This document shows, piece after piece, positions 30,662 through 40,705 of a DNA stretch of 64,000 nucleotides. Where the stretch lies: assembly GCA_965216875.1 (NCBI GenBank), contig OZ244207.1:4544001-4608000 (forward strand), read 5' to 3'. The notes below the pieces were generated by a model. It saw nothing but the letters and a program-made list of their open reading frames with translations. It searched no databases and was not told the DNA's origin. The position numbers and the translations under genes were made by a program. Origin of the DNA: Rubripirellula sp. (GTDB lineage Bacteria; Planctomycetota; Planctomycetia; Pirellulales; Pirellulaceae). Numbering within the stretch: position 1 is the first letter of the stretch; each line of letters opens with the position of its first letter.

Positions 30662-33600
30662 CTATTGGCTTGCGACGGAACCCGATTCAATCCCCATTTC
30701 GGCAAGCTGCGCGGCTGTTCGCTCAACCGTAAAGCGGATCTGTTCTTCCGTATGTTCGCAGGTGATAAAGAACCGCAAACGCGCGGCCGACTCATCGACT
30801 GCGGGGTAGAGAATCGGTTGAACGTTGATGCCGTCCGCTTTAAGCCGATTCGACAACCGCAAAGCAACCATCGAGTTCCCGGTGATCACGGGCACCACCG
30901 GTGTACCACCGCTATCGCCGGTGTCGAGGCCAGCCTCTTTGCATAGATTCAAAAAGAGTTCGCTGCGATCGCGCAATCGATCGACGCGATCCGGTTCAGC
31001 CTCGAGTGTTTCCAGCGAGGCGATGGCCGCTGCGACTTGCGCCGGAGGCATCCCGACACTGAAGACGAACCCTGGTGCGGTATAGCGAAGCAATTCAATC
31101 AATGCGTTTCCGCCTGCGATGTACCCACCGCATGACGCAGCCGACTTGCTGAGCGTCCCCATCCAAATGTCGATTTCGCGAGCGTCAACTTGATAGTGTT
31201 CGGCGATCCCGTGGCCTGTCTTGCCCATCGTTCCAAAGCTGTGCGCTTCGTCGACCATCAACATCGCTTGGTGCTTCTTCTTGACGGCAACGAATTCGGG
31301 CAGGTCAGGGAAGTCGCCGTCCATACTGTAGACGCCTTCGATACAAATCAGCACGCGTCGATATTGCGAACGCACTTCGCTAAGCAGCCGATCGAGCGCC
31401 TCGAAGTCGTTGTGCGGGAATGGGCGACGCCTTGCGCCCGAAAGCAACGCACCTTGGATGATGCTGTTGTGGGCCAACGCGTCGTGAACGATCAGGTCGC
31501 CAGCACCGACCAAATGACCGATCGTTGTTTCATTGGTTGCATGCCCGCCGACCATCAGGATCGACGCATCGACCCCAACCCATTCGGCAATCTTTCGTTC
31601 CAACTCGCCATGAATGGGTTTCTCGCCCGAAACCAGGCGACTGGCCGAAACACTTGTCCCATACCTTTCGACCGCCTCGGCCGCGGCACGCGAGACATTG
31701 GGATGCCCGCTCAACCCCAAGTAGTTGTAACTTGCAAAGCTGATCAACTCTTGGCCATCAACGATGGTCGTGTCGCGAACGACGGAATCGTGAACCGTGA
31801 AGTACGGGTTTGGGACACCCGTCATCAACATTTGCTCCATCGTTGCCTTCAGACGCCGATACTCTGGGAATTGAGCCACATCAAATTCGGGCTCCACTTC
31901 CGCAGCAGCCAGCTTATCCTGGCCATCGCCATTGCGGTCGGCAGGCAGCGTCTCGACCGACGCGCCGCTAAGCATCGCTTCGGCTCGCGCCTCGCCGCCC
32001 GAGGGCAGGTAGCGTTTGATGGCGAGTGCGGTTTCGCCAATCGTCTCGATCTCGTCCAACACCTGTTCAGGGAAGCGTCCACCGAAGGTGCGTTCCAAGT
32101 TCCGGGCGATCTCGAGTCGTTCTAAACTATCGAGTCCAAGATCGAGCACGATGTTGGTATCGAGATCGAGCGCACCCGCACGTTCACCGGCGACATGCCG
32201 CACGTGATGCTTGATCGCCTCAACAATCGGCGGACTGACATCACCGCTTGAGACCTTTGCTCGGTCACCCGCAGCAGCCGCAGCTTGCATCATGGGTTGT
32301 GCCGCGCCAGCAACGGCGGCTCCCGAAGCCTCTTCCCAGCGGACCCATTTTGCGATGACCTTGAGTGTGTTGTCGCGAACAGCATGGAAACAGGCATGCC
32401 GCTGAATCTTTCCGCTGCTCGTTTTGGGAACACTGTTGCTGCGAACCAGATAGACCGCGTCGGGCGGCAGTTCATGTTCTGCCGTTACCGCGCGACGAAT
32501 CGCCTGCAGGTGCGCGTCCCAATCCATGTTCCGAGCCCGGACCGTTTCGGCAACGATCACAAGCTGCTCGCGCCCGTCACGTTCCATTGCTAAAGCGCCC
32601 ACGCCACCGGCTTGGACGGCCGTGCTGGCGCGTTCCACCGTTTCTTCAATATCCTGTGGGTATCGATTCACACCACGGACAATGATCATGTCTTTCAAGC
32701 GACCGGAAACGTAAAGTTGCCCGTCATACAGAAAGCCCAAGTCACCGGTGCGAAGGTAGGGACCATCACCGTCGGCGGTCATCGCCTTGAAGGTTTGCTC
32801 GGTCAGGTCCTTGTGTTGGTAATAGCCTTTGCCGACCGAGGGACTTTGCACCCAAATTTCGCCGATCTGGTCATCAGGCAGTTTTTGGCGTGAATCGGGA
32901 TCGACAATGACAACCGTTTCGTTCGGTAGCACGGCGCCACAGCCGATCACCTTGCGGGCGCCGTCTGCGTCGTCTTCAACCGCTTTCACACGTTTCTCGT
33001 CCAACCCCGGACCATCAAACGCGTTCATCACCGGTCGTGTTTCCGAAGGACCACCGGTGACGATCAATGTGGTTTCCGCCATCCCGTAACAGGGCAGGAA
33101 AGCCGACCGTTTGAACCCATAAGGTCCAAACCGTTCAACAAACGCTTCGAGAGTTGACGCGCGAATCGGCTCGGCACCGTTGAACGCGATTTGCCAAGAC
33201 GACAAATCAACGCCTTCCATCTCGCGATCATCGATCTTGTCGACGCAAAGTTGATAGGAAAAGTTTGGCCCGCCACTGATGCTGACACGGTGTTTGGAGA
33301 TGCCTTGAAGCCAGCGCGCTGGCCGCTGCAAGAAAGTCATCGGGCTGATCAGCACATTCGGCTTACCGATGTAGAGCGGCATCAACACACCACCGACCAA
33401 GCCCATGTCATGGTAGGTCGGAAGCCACGACATCCCAGCGATTTGTCCGCCAGGTTCAAACGCGTGCAAAATCAATTCGCTGTTGGCGATCAGATTCTGC
33501 TGGGTCAACATCACGCCTTTGGGCGATCCGGTCGAGCCAGAGGTGTACTGCAGAACGGCAAGCGAATCTTCTGCCAACGTTGGTCGTCGCCAACGATCAA

Positions 33601-34090
33601 GATCTCGCACCGACGCGTCGTCGGTACCCAGCAGCTGAACGCCGATCAGGTCTTCATGCCACTTATCACCGGTAAGTTGCTCAACCACTTTGCGTGTCGA
33701 CAGTGCCCACTTGGCATCGGCGTCGACCACGATGGAACGAATCCGCGACGCCTTGCGATTGCGGCGAGGCGGAAAGGCGGGCACGGCAACCGCACCTGCC
33801 GCATGGCAGGCAAAGAAGCCAATGACAAAATCCATGCCCGGCGGGTACAGCAGAAGGATGCGGTCGCCCGAGCGAATTCGGCACCGTCCCTGTAAATAGC
33901 CCGCGAGTCCTCGAACTTCCTTCCAAAGCTCGGCATAGGTCAGCTGCTGTTGGCCTGGCTCGGTATCGGCGGCGATGTAGGCAATTTCATCGGGGCGTTG
34001 GTTTGCCCAATGCTCGAGCACCGAGACAAAACTGTCGCGGGGTGGAATCTGATCGCCAAAAAACTGCTGCAAGTCCACGGAGGAAGTCAC
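30662..34090 (-). CDS. Fatty acyl-AMP ligase - acyl carrier protein - alpha-oxoamine synthase (AONS/SPT-like) fusion
   Basis: YTSGSTGSPKG, WLPTYHDMGL, CYGMAE, RTGDLGF, PKTSSGK; DLGLDSL carrier serine; SYNYLGL, EGVYSMDGD, DEAHS, GTLSK (PLP lysine). Confidence 0.92.
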   Translation of the reverse strand: MTSSVDLQQFFGDQIPPRDSFVSVLEHWANQRPDEIAYIAADTEPGQQQLTYAELWKEVRGLAGYLQGRCRIRSGDRILLLYPPGMDFVIGFFACHAAGAVAVPAFPPRRNRKASRIRSIVVDADAKWALSTRKVVEQLTGDKWHEDLIGVQLLGTDDASVRDLDRWRRPTLAEDSLAVLQYTSGSTGSPKGVMLTQQNLIANSELILHAFEPGGQIAGMSWLPTYHDMGLVGGVLMPLYIGKPNVLISPMTFLQRPARWLQGISKHRVSISGGPNFSYQLCVDKIDDREMEGVDLSSWQIAFNGAEPIRASTLEAFVERFGPYGFKRSAFLPCYGMAETTLIVTGGPSETRPVMNAFDGPGLDEKRVKAVEDDADGARKVIGCGAVLPNETVVIVDPDSRQKLPDDQIGEIWVQSPSVGKGYYQHKDLTEQTFKAMTADGDGPYLRTGDLGFLYDGQLYVSGRLKDMIIVRGVNRYPQDIEETVERASTAVQAGGVGALAMERDGREQLVIVAETVRARNMDWDAHLQAIRRAVTAEHELPPDAVYLVRSNSVPKTSSGKIQRHACFHAVRDNTLKVIAKWVRWEEASGAAVAGAAQPMMQAAAAAGDRAKVSSGDVSPPIVEAIKHHVRHVAGERAGALDLDTNIVLDLGLDSLERLEIARNLERTFGGRFPEQVLDEIETIGETALAIKRYLPSGGEARAEAMLSGASVETLPADRNGDGQDKLAAAEVEPEFDVAQFPEYRRLKATMEQMLMTGVPNPYFTVHDSVVRDTTIVDGQELISFASYNYLGLSGHPNVSRAAAEAVERYGTSVSASRLVSGEKPIHGELERKIAEWVGVDASILMVGGHATNETTIGHLVGAGDLIVHDALAHNSIIQGALLSGARRRPFPHNDFEALDRLLSEVRSQYRRVLICIEGVYSMDGDFPDLPEFVAVKKKHQAMLMVDEAHSFGTMGKTGHGIAEHYQVDAREIDIWMGTLSKSAASCGGYIAGGNALIELLRYTAPGFVFSVGMPPAQVAAAIASLETLEAEPDRVDRLRDRSELFLNLCKEAGLDTGDSGGTPVVPVITGNSMVALRLSNRLKADGINVQPILYPAVDESAARLRFFITCEHTEEQIRFTVERTAAQLAEMGIESGSVASQ

Positions 34091-34423
34091 TGCCTGAGAT
34101 TATTTCGAGGGGTTCCGGTTTCGGAGAATTCGCGACGACGGCGACCCAAAATGCTGAACCAATTGTGCTAAAAACACGTGTACATGGAAGGAAATTCGGC
34201 ATCCACAACGCTGTGTCTCACAAAAAGCATCGCTGGCCTTACGAACATTCCCTGCCATTGGAGTCCGAATCATGGGAATTGCCAGCTGACAACTTGCCGA
34301 ATCTCCTACAAGATAACGACAATTGCTTTGAATTCATCGTGCTCATCCCCCATCGGGGGAGAATTGCGGTCGGTCACATACGTTACCGCAAACGAAGACT
34401 CGCCCTAATCCACAAAATCGTCA

Positions 34424-35830
34424 ATGTCCGACTCATCCAACCAGCGATCTGACGTGCCCAACTCCAACCCACCCCAATCCTTCGCAGGCCAACCGGCCGC
34501 GCTGATCGATCGCGTTGTGAACCTGCTCGATCCGGCCGGCAATGTGCTGCTCGGCACCTCCTACGAACAAGCCTGCGAAGCGGTCCGAAGTGGCGATGCG
34601 GCGCAAGTGCGGCAGATCCGGGGGCAGTTCGCAATCTGCCAGCAAGCGGGCAAAACCATTCGGATGGCGCGATCGATCGGTCGGCCGATGCGGTACTTTT
34701 TGGCCAAGCGAGCTGAGGGCCCCGCACTGATCATCGCCGAACGCATGGACGAGATCGCCGAACAATTGAAAAAGGAAGGGTTGGGCGATCAATTCCATCC
34801 CTCCTACACACGGATGGTTCCCGCACACCACCTTCTTGAATTGCAACTCGTTGGTTGTCCCGATCCCAACCCGTCGCTGACGCGTTACTTTGCACCGCCG
34901 CGAAATCGATTGCCCGCAGACATCGACGCGATCGGTCGCCAATACATTTCAAAGCTCGCCGAGGTTTGCGACCAATGGATTGAATCGATTCCCGAGAGCG
35001 AGCCGATCGGCGTGATGTTCTCTGGCGGAATCGACAGCGGCAGCGTGCTCGTCTTGATGGACTATCTGATCCGTCGTCGTGGACAATCCCCTTCGCGATT
35101 GAAGGCGTTCACCCTTGCCGTTCAAGGCGACCCAAGTGACAGCCGCCAAGCATTGGAGTTCCTTCGCGCGGTGAACTTGGAAATGTTGCTCGAGGTGATC
35201 GATGTGCCTCGCGATGCCGTGCGATGGACCGATGCGGTACGCATGATCGAAGACTACAAACCGCTCGACGTGCAATCGGCAACCATGGGATTGGCATTGT
35301 TGAAAGAAGTGCGCCGACGTTATCCCGATTGGCGTTACGTGATCGACGGCGATGGTGGCGACGAAAACCTCAAAGATTACCCCATTGAAGACAACCCCGA
35401 ACTGACCATTCGCAGTGTGCTCGGAAACCGCATGCTGTACCAGGAAGGATGGGGCGTCGATGCTGTCAAACATTCGCTTGTCTACAGCGGCGGGCAAAGC
35501 CGTGGTCATGTTCGTACGAGTGCGCCTGCGGCAGCACTCGGCTTCAGTGGATTAAGTCCGTACGCATTGCCCGATGTGATCGAAGTCGCCGAAGCCGTTC
35601 CGTTTGTTGACCTGACCGACTGGGACCACGATCGGCTGTATGACTTGAAGGGCGCCGTGGTCTCATCAGGCATCGAGCAAGTCACCGGCGTCAAAATGCC
35701 AGTGTTCGAAAAGCGACGTTTTCAACACGGCGCCGCCGACAACGAAACGTTTCAATCGCTGTTCCCCGTCTCCGATCAAGTCTATCGAGACGAATTCGCT
35801 CGCGTCTTTCACACGATGGGCGAGCAGTAA
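34424..35830 (+). CDS. Asparagine-synthetase-related ATP pyrophosphatase/ligase
   Basis: PP-loop FSGGIDSG, DGDGGDE, FEKRRFQHG; no N-terminal Cys glutaminase residue. Confidence 0.75.
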   Translation: MSDSSNQRSDVPNSNPPQSFAGQPAALIDRVVNLLDPAGNVLLGTSYEQACEAVRSGDAAQVRQIRGQFAICQQAGKTIRMARSIGRPMRYFLAKRAEGPALIIAERMDEIAEQLKKEGLGDQFHPSYTRMVPAHHLLELQLVGCPDPNPSLTRYFAPPRNRLPADIDAIGRQYISKLAEVCDQWIESIPESEPIGVMFSGGIDSGSVLVLMDYLIRRRGQSPSRLKAFTLAVQGDPSDSRQALEFLRAVNLEMLLEVIDVPRDAVRWTDAVRMIEDYKPLDVQSATMGLALLKEVRRRYPDWRYVIDGDGGDENLKDYPIEDNPELTIRSVLGNRMLYQEGWGVDAVKHSLVYSGGQSRGHVRTSAPAAALGFSGLSPYALPDVIEVAEAVPFVDLTDWDHDRLYDLKGAVVSSGIEQVTGVKMPVFEKRRFQHGAADNETFQSLFPVSDQVYRDEFARVFHTMGEQ

Positions 35831-35835
35831 GTCGC

Positions 35836-36078
35836 TTGTGAGCCAAATGCATTAGCGTCGGGCCTTTGACAACCGTAGCTACGCTCGCCAGAGCGTAGGC
35901 AGTTCGTAGTACCGAGCTTTAGCCGGAATCTTTGTGAGCCCAGCGTGCTGGCGTCGGGCCTTTGACTTCCGTAGCTACGCTCGCCAAAGCGTAGGCGATA
36001 GAGCGCGTCACCACGGCCGAACGTAGTACCGAGCCTTAGCCGGAATCTTATCACAGACCGCCTAAAGGCTGGACTACA
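35836..36078. repeat. Tandem composite REP units (period ~96 bp) closed by an inverted GTAGTCCAGCCTTTAGGCGG REP
   Basis: GTGAGCC...GGGCC + GTAGCTACGCTCGCCA + GTAGTACCGAGC(T/C)TTAGCCGGAATCT twice; CCGCCTAAAGGCTGGACTAC at ~36058-36077. Confidence 0.85.
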
Positions 36079-36195
36079 AACGGCGCTAACACGCGGAGCG
36101 GAATAACGAGACTGTACCTACGGAATGCCACAAACGTGTGTTTCACGCTCTTCTTCTCTTGCTCAACGCCGCTCCAATTCGGTACCTGAGACTTG

Positions 36196-36891
36196 ATGCC
36201 AAGTCTCTGCTCCGCCAGCCGTTCTCGATTCAGCTTGCTGATCGCTCTTTTGATGATCAGCGGTGGTTGCGCATTGCCAACGGGAATGACCAAATCACGG
36301 TGGGCGATGGACGATCCCGAGTACGCTGAAAAGTACTGTGATGGGGCCGACAAGAGCGATGTTCTCGGCAAGCTAAAACAAGCTTCCGACGCTCGATTCC
36401 AAGCAGGCGCTGGGGGTGTATTCGTTTCCGGCGGCATGATGTCTCGCCCCGACGCCCGCAGCGAACTGGCGGGAATCGACATCGGCATCGAAGGCTACGC
36501 AACGTCGTACTTAACCACTCGCGGGTCGCTCATGCTGATGTCCGATGGAAGCGACCTGTTTACCGGAGCCGATGTTGGCATGCGTCTCCAAACACCCACT
36601 CGGCTTGCCCCCTTTGTCGGCGTGGGATTGTTTGCCGGGTACGCGAAAGAGGTCGTGCCCGCGGCCGACGATTGGATCGACAATGATGATGACGGTTTCA
36701 TCGACGAACGCGGCGAAGACCGCGAACGCTTTTCTGGCTTCCTTGCCAGCATCTACCCCGAGACCGGAATCCACTTCTGGTGGACGCCCAATATCCGCAT
36801 GACAGGGTTTGCGCGGTACATGGTGACCACCGAAGGACGCGACGATGACGACTGGCTTATTGGAGGTGGCGTCGCCCTGTTTAGTCGCTAG
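36196..36891 (+). CDS. Putative lipoprotein with beta-strand-rich C-terminal domain
   Basis: Lipobox-like ISGGC; alternating hydrophobic strands; DWIDNDDDGFIDE Ca-binding-like loop. Confidence 0.7.
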   Translation: MPSLCSASRSRFSLLIALLMISGGCALPTGMTKSRWAMDDPEYAEKYCDGADKSDVLGKLKQASDARFQAGAGGVFVSGGMMSRPDARSELAGIDIGIEGYATSYLTTRGSLMLMSDGSDLFTGADVGMRLQTPTRLAPFVGVGLFAGYAKEVVPAADDWIDNDDDGFIDERGEDRERFSGFLASIYPETGIHFWWTPNIRMTGFARYMVTTEGRDDDDWLIGGGVALFSR

Positions 36892-36966
36892 CGACTCAAA
36901 GAGCTGAACCGAACGGCAATAGCCAAACTCGTCAACCCGGATCATTTAGATGGCGAAGGAGATCAC

Positions 36967-37362
36967 GTGAAACGCCCGATTCTGTTTTCGATGATCGTAT
37001 CGTGTGCCGGTTGCGGCACACTACGAAACGTTGCCACGTCGCCGATGTTTGGGCCACCGTTGCCGCCAGAAAAAATGGTCTACGGTGGTGTGCGAGAAGA
37101 CACGAAACGAATCACGACGGCGTTCGGCGATATCAAACAATTTGGTGATGCCCAGAAGAGTCTAGGCACAAACGCGGTCGATGCGGCTTCGAGCGCGATT
37201 GACGTTCCACTCTCTGCCGTCGGCGACACGCTGACATTGCCGATCACCGTTCCGGCCGCAATCGATCGCGCGGTCGCTGACTACTACTATCCCAAGAATG
37301 AAGTCACTGACCGCAAGGTCGATGCCCCTTGCGGCAAGGCGAAAGCTGCTGACGACAAGTGA
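36967..37362 (+). CDS. YceK/YidQ-like lipoprotein
   Basis: AGCGT lipobox, VYGGVRED, IDVPLSAVGDTLTLP; RBS AAGGAG. Confidence 0.8.
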   Translation: MKRPILFSMIVSCAGCGTLRNVATSPMFGPPLPPEKMVYGGVREDTKRITTAFGDIKQFGDAQKSLGTNAVDAASSAIDVPLSAVGDTLTLPITVPAAIDRAVADYYYPKNEVTDRKVDAPCGKAKAADDK

Positions 37363-37390
37363 CTGACTCCGGTCGGCCTTTAAAAAAGAA

Positions 37391-37464
37391 TCTCACGCAA
37401 AGACGCAGAGCTGACAAGGTTCGAGGACATCCAACCTTGCGTCGCCATTGCGTCTTGGCGTGAG
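37391..37464. repeat. Imperfect inverted repeat (TCTCACGCAAAGACGCA ... TGCGTCTTGGCGTGAGA)
   Basis: Terminal arms complementary; lies between convergent genes. Confidence 0.65.
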
Positions 37465-37495
37465 ACCGAGGTCACCACCAATGATCGTTGTCGGC

Positions 37496-38341
37496 TTACT
37501 CTTCCGCATCGGGGCGTCGTGGTCGTTGGCCGCCCGGCGCGGCATTGTCGCCGCCGCCACGCCGCTGGCCAGCACCTTGCCGACCTTGGCCACCGCGGCG
37601 TCGCATCACCGAACCAAGTTCTTCTTTCGACACACTGCCATCGCCGTTGGAATCGATTTGGTCCAAACGTCCCGACATCTGTTCGGGAATCTCGTCACCG
37701 CTCAGTTTGCCGTTGTTGTCTTTGTCACGCGATTCAAAAAGCCGATCGACGAAGGAAGCAGGATCACCACCGGGGAACCTGCCGCCACGAGCCTGGTCGC
37801 CACCCGGTCCACCACGGCCATCGGGACCGCCACGTCCGGGAGGCCCACCACGTCCGTCAGGCGGACCGAACCCAGGACCACCGCCTGGACCTCCACGACC
37901 ACCTTGACCGCCAGGCCCACCTTGTCCGCCGGGTCCGCCACGTCGCATCGCAGAAAAATCGGGTCGCATTTCTTCTTGTGTCAGTTGCCCGTCACCGTTC
38001 TTGTCGAGCGTCCGAAGTGCTGAGGCGGCGTTATCGATTTCAGCTTTTGAAATCTTTCCGTCGCCATCGGCGTCCAGTGCAGCGAGGACAGGCATCATTC
38101 GCATCATGGACTCGGGACCACCACCACCGCGTCCTCCGAATCCGCCACGACCACCGGGACTGCCCGGACCGCCGCGGCCGCCACGCCCTTCGGCACCCGG
38201 TCCACCGCGTCCTTCTGGTCCACCACCGGGGCCACCGAAACCACCTCGATCACCACCGCCGGGTGGCTGAGCAAAACTGGTGCTGGCGCATAGCGCGGCA
38301 AGGATTGCCGATGCCATACAGGTCCGTTTGAACAAACGCAT
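37496..38341 (-). CDS. Exported EF-hand protein with Gly/Arg/Pro low-complexity linkers
   Basis: Signal peptide; four loops DADGDGKISKAE, DKNGDGQLTQEE, DKDNNGKLSGDE, DSNGDGSVSKEE. Confidence 0.9.
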   Translation of the reverse strand: MRLFKRTCMASAILAALCASTSFAQPPGGGDRGGFGGPGGGPEGRGGPGAEGRGGRGGPGSPGGRGGFGGRGGGGPESMMRMMPVLAALDADGDGKISKAEIDNAASALRTLDKNGDGQLTQEEMRPDFSAMRRGGPGGQGGPGGQGGRGGPGGGPGFGPPDGRGGPPGRGGPDGRGGPGGDQARGGRFPGGDPASFVDRLFESRDKDNNGKLSGDEIPEQMSGRLDQIDSNGDGSVSKEELGSVMRRRGGQGRQGAGQRRGGGDNAAPGGQRPRRPDAEE

Positions 38342-38631
38342 GATCGAAACGCTCCGAAGTTGATGAGTTGGTATTCAGTCTCAAGTGACGTGTCTTGGAA
38401 ACACAAACGAGCCTGGGAGGTCGCAATCCACATTGGGGAGGTGTTTTCCAGTTCGTAGAACACGCTGGCGTCCTCCTGGTTTCGCAGCAGGCAGAGAAAA
38501 AGCGGGCTGAGCCAGTCGCCACCCCCCGCAATTTCCGGCGTTTCCAACCTTTTTCGGCCTGTCAGACCTAACGTGTCATCGGCCCCACCAATACTGATTA
38601 CAGACAGATAAGCAATTTGGGAGGCAAAGCC

Positions 38632-38886
38632 ATGAACCGTATTCTTCAACGTGCAATGACCGACTCGGACAACTACGTTATCGAGATGGATTACGCCGAC
38701 GCCAAAGGCAATCGCACGCATCGCGTCGTCAGCCCCATTCGTTTCATGGGCAGCTATCGGTTTCTCGGCCTGTGCCTTTGCCGCGAGCAACCGCGTCAGT
38801 TTCAACTTTCGCGGTGCAAGAACATCAAGCTGGTGCCCGCATCGGAAGTCCTGATGCCGATTCCGATGCAAGAGTGCGTGAACTGA
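38632..38886 (+). CDS. Stand-alone WYL-domain-like protein (84 aa)
   Basis: Y.D.KG..T.R.V.P...F..LC..R...R.F.L.R pattern of WYL domains; RBS GGAGG; no HTH. Confidence 0.7.
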   Translation: MNRILQRAMTDSDNYVIEMDYADAKGNRTHRVVSPIRFMGSYRFLGLCLCREQPRQFQLSRCKNIKLVPASEVLMPIPMQECVN

Positions 38887-38888
38887 TC

Positions 38889-38924
38889 AAAAAAGAAAAG
38901 CCCGCGAACAGATCGCGGGCTTTG
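38889..38924. terminator. Bidirectional intrinsic terminator
   Basis: AAAGCCCGCGA-ACAGA-TCGCGGGCTTT flanked by A- and T-runs between convergent genes. Confidence 0.75.
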
Positions 38925-38950
38925 AGTGTGAACGTCGTTTTCTCGAAACA

Positions 38951-40705
38951 CTAAAACGCGTTTGAATCATCCTCGTCTTCCGGTGGTGTCCCTCCCATCG
39001 CACGAATCGCCCAAATGCGAGCCATTTTGATTCGATCTTCAGGTGCACCGTGCAACATGATGAGTCCTTCGGCACCACCAACGATGTCGAATGCGATCTC
39101 AACTTCTTCGTCGGAAATCAATCCCATCGCTTGATACAGTCGGATCTCGGCAAGCGTTCGCAGCGAGCGTGCATGCTTGCCCGAAATCAATGTCGAGATG
39201 CGACCACGAGCGTGCTCTGGTTTGAGGGCTGGCATGTCAAACGCTGTCGCTGAGCGATCAAAGATCGACAACAACGTCGCCATCTGGTCTTCGACGTATT
39301 CACGTTCGCCACTGCGTCCTGAAGAAGCGTTCTGGGCAGCTTCCCAGTTGTCCATGCCTTTGCTCATGCCCATCGATTTGCCTGTCGAGACTTGATACAG
39401 GCGACAACGCGACATGTTTTGAACTTGATTGTTGCGTGCCTGTTTCAAGGCAATGTCAAAGTGGATCAGGAAATCGAGGTTCTGCTCGCGTGCGATCTCG
39501 ATGGTCTCTTTTGAATCAATGCCCGACCCCAAGTACATCACACCCGGAATCCACATCGGCATGGGCTCGGGCACCAGGGCAAGCACTTCTTCCAACTCGT
39601 GCCCGATCGGCGGCGTGGTTGGCTCGGCTGGTTGACGCGTGCCGTTGCGACGATTGTTGTTGCCGCCTGCCTCTTCCTCCTCTTCAACTTCGATCGTCAT
39701 CAACGCAGGACCAAAGTTTCCACCCTCGAATCGTTTCTTGAATTCATCGCGAATCACTTCGACCACCAAGCCAAGGTTTTCGTCGAGTTCTTCTTGGGCC
39801 GAATCCGAGAGCATCTTGCGAACGGGACCGGTCGGCTTCTTGCGAGTTCTTGACGGGCCACCAGGGATCATTCCGTCTTCGGGATAGCCCATCATCTCGC
39901 GCATCTCAGCCTCCGATGGCTCTTCCATCATCGACTGCTCCATCATCGCCTGCTGTTGCATCATCTCCTGTTCCATCATCTCGTTCGGGTAGCCACCACC
40001 TTCATCGGGGCGACCACGTCCGCGAGCGTTGCGTTGCCTCGAGGGACTGGAACTGCGACGGCCCGTTGTCGTTTGGCGAATCGGGGTTGGGCTTCCCGAT
40101 CCTCGGACCGAGTAGGAGACACCGAACTTGGCATTCCAAACGGGACGACCAAGCGTCTTGTTGAATTTGACGGTTTTGAGCTGGACGGCCGAATCAGGAT
40201 ATTCAGCAACCATGTGGCCGAAGATCAATTCCAGCGCGAGCGGGTAGTTGCCAGCAGAAAATGCTTGGTCCGACTCTCGTTTGAGCACGGGGCCAGCAAG
40301 GATCGGCGCGTCGAGATCGGGTGCGATCAAGGGCGTGAAGTCGATCCGCGGCGCCGAAAAGCTCATACCGTAAAAGAGTTGGTCGCTGGTCCCGCTACCG
40401 CGTCGATTGCGTGACGAACCGCCGTAACCGTATTGCTCGTAGCCTTCACCCATCTCGCTATATTCATCCCCATAGATCCCGTTCTCGATCATCATCCGCT
40501 CTTCTTCGGATGGTCCGTAACCTGATCCGGAGCCACTGGGGGCTGAGCCACTTGGGGACGAGCCGCCGTCGCGGCCGAGAGCCTCATCGAGCCGCTTTCC
40601 CGGCTCATTCAATCCCTGTGCGAGGAGGATCGAAGGGGACGCCACCGCTGCAATCACGAAGGTCGTCGACACACAGAAGGTTAAAAGACGGTTCATGACG
40701 GTCAT
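38951..40705 (-). CDS. Exported hypothetical protein with Met/Glu/Gly-rich linkers
   Basis: Long ORF, signal peptide, MMEQEMMQQQAMMEQSMM segments; start approximate. Confidence 0.75.
   Translation of the reverse strand: MTVMNRLLTFCVSTTFVIAAVASPSILLAQGLNEPGKRLDEALGRDGGSSPSGSAPSGSGSGYGPSEEERMMIENGIYGDEYSEMGEGYEQYGYGGSSRNRRGSGTSDQLFYGMSFSAPRIDFTPLIAPDLDAPILAGPVLKRESDQAFSAGNYPLALELIFGHMVAEYPDSAVQLKTVKFNKTLGRPVWNAKFGVSYSVRGSGSPTPIRQTTTGRRSSSPSRQRNARGRGRPDEGGGYPNEMMEQEMMQQQAMMEQSMMEEPSEAEMREMMGYPEDGMIPGGPSRTRKKPTGPVRKMLSDSAQEELDENLGLVVEVIRDEFKKRFEGGNFGPALMTIEVEEEEEAGGNNNRRNGTRQPAEPTTPPIGHELEEVLALVPEPMPMWIPGVMYLGSGIDSKETIEIAREQNLDFLIHFDIALKQARNNQVQNMSRCRLYQVSTGKSMGMSKGMDNWEAAQNASSGRSGEREYVEDQMATLLSIFDRSATAFDMPALKPEHARGRISTLISGKHARSLRTLAEIRLYQAMGLISDEEVEIAFDIVGGAEGLIMLHGAPEDRIKMARIWAIRAMGGTPPEDEDDSNAF

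Noticed and set aside
30662..31800. Annotating the AOS domain as plain bioF
   Set aside because: Fused to FAAL-ACP with no other biotin genes nearby; substrate left open
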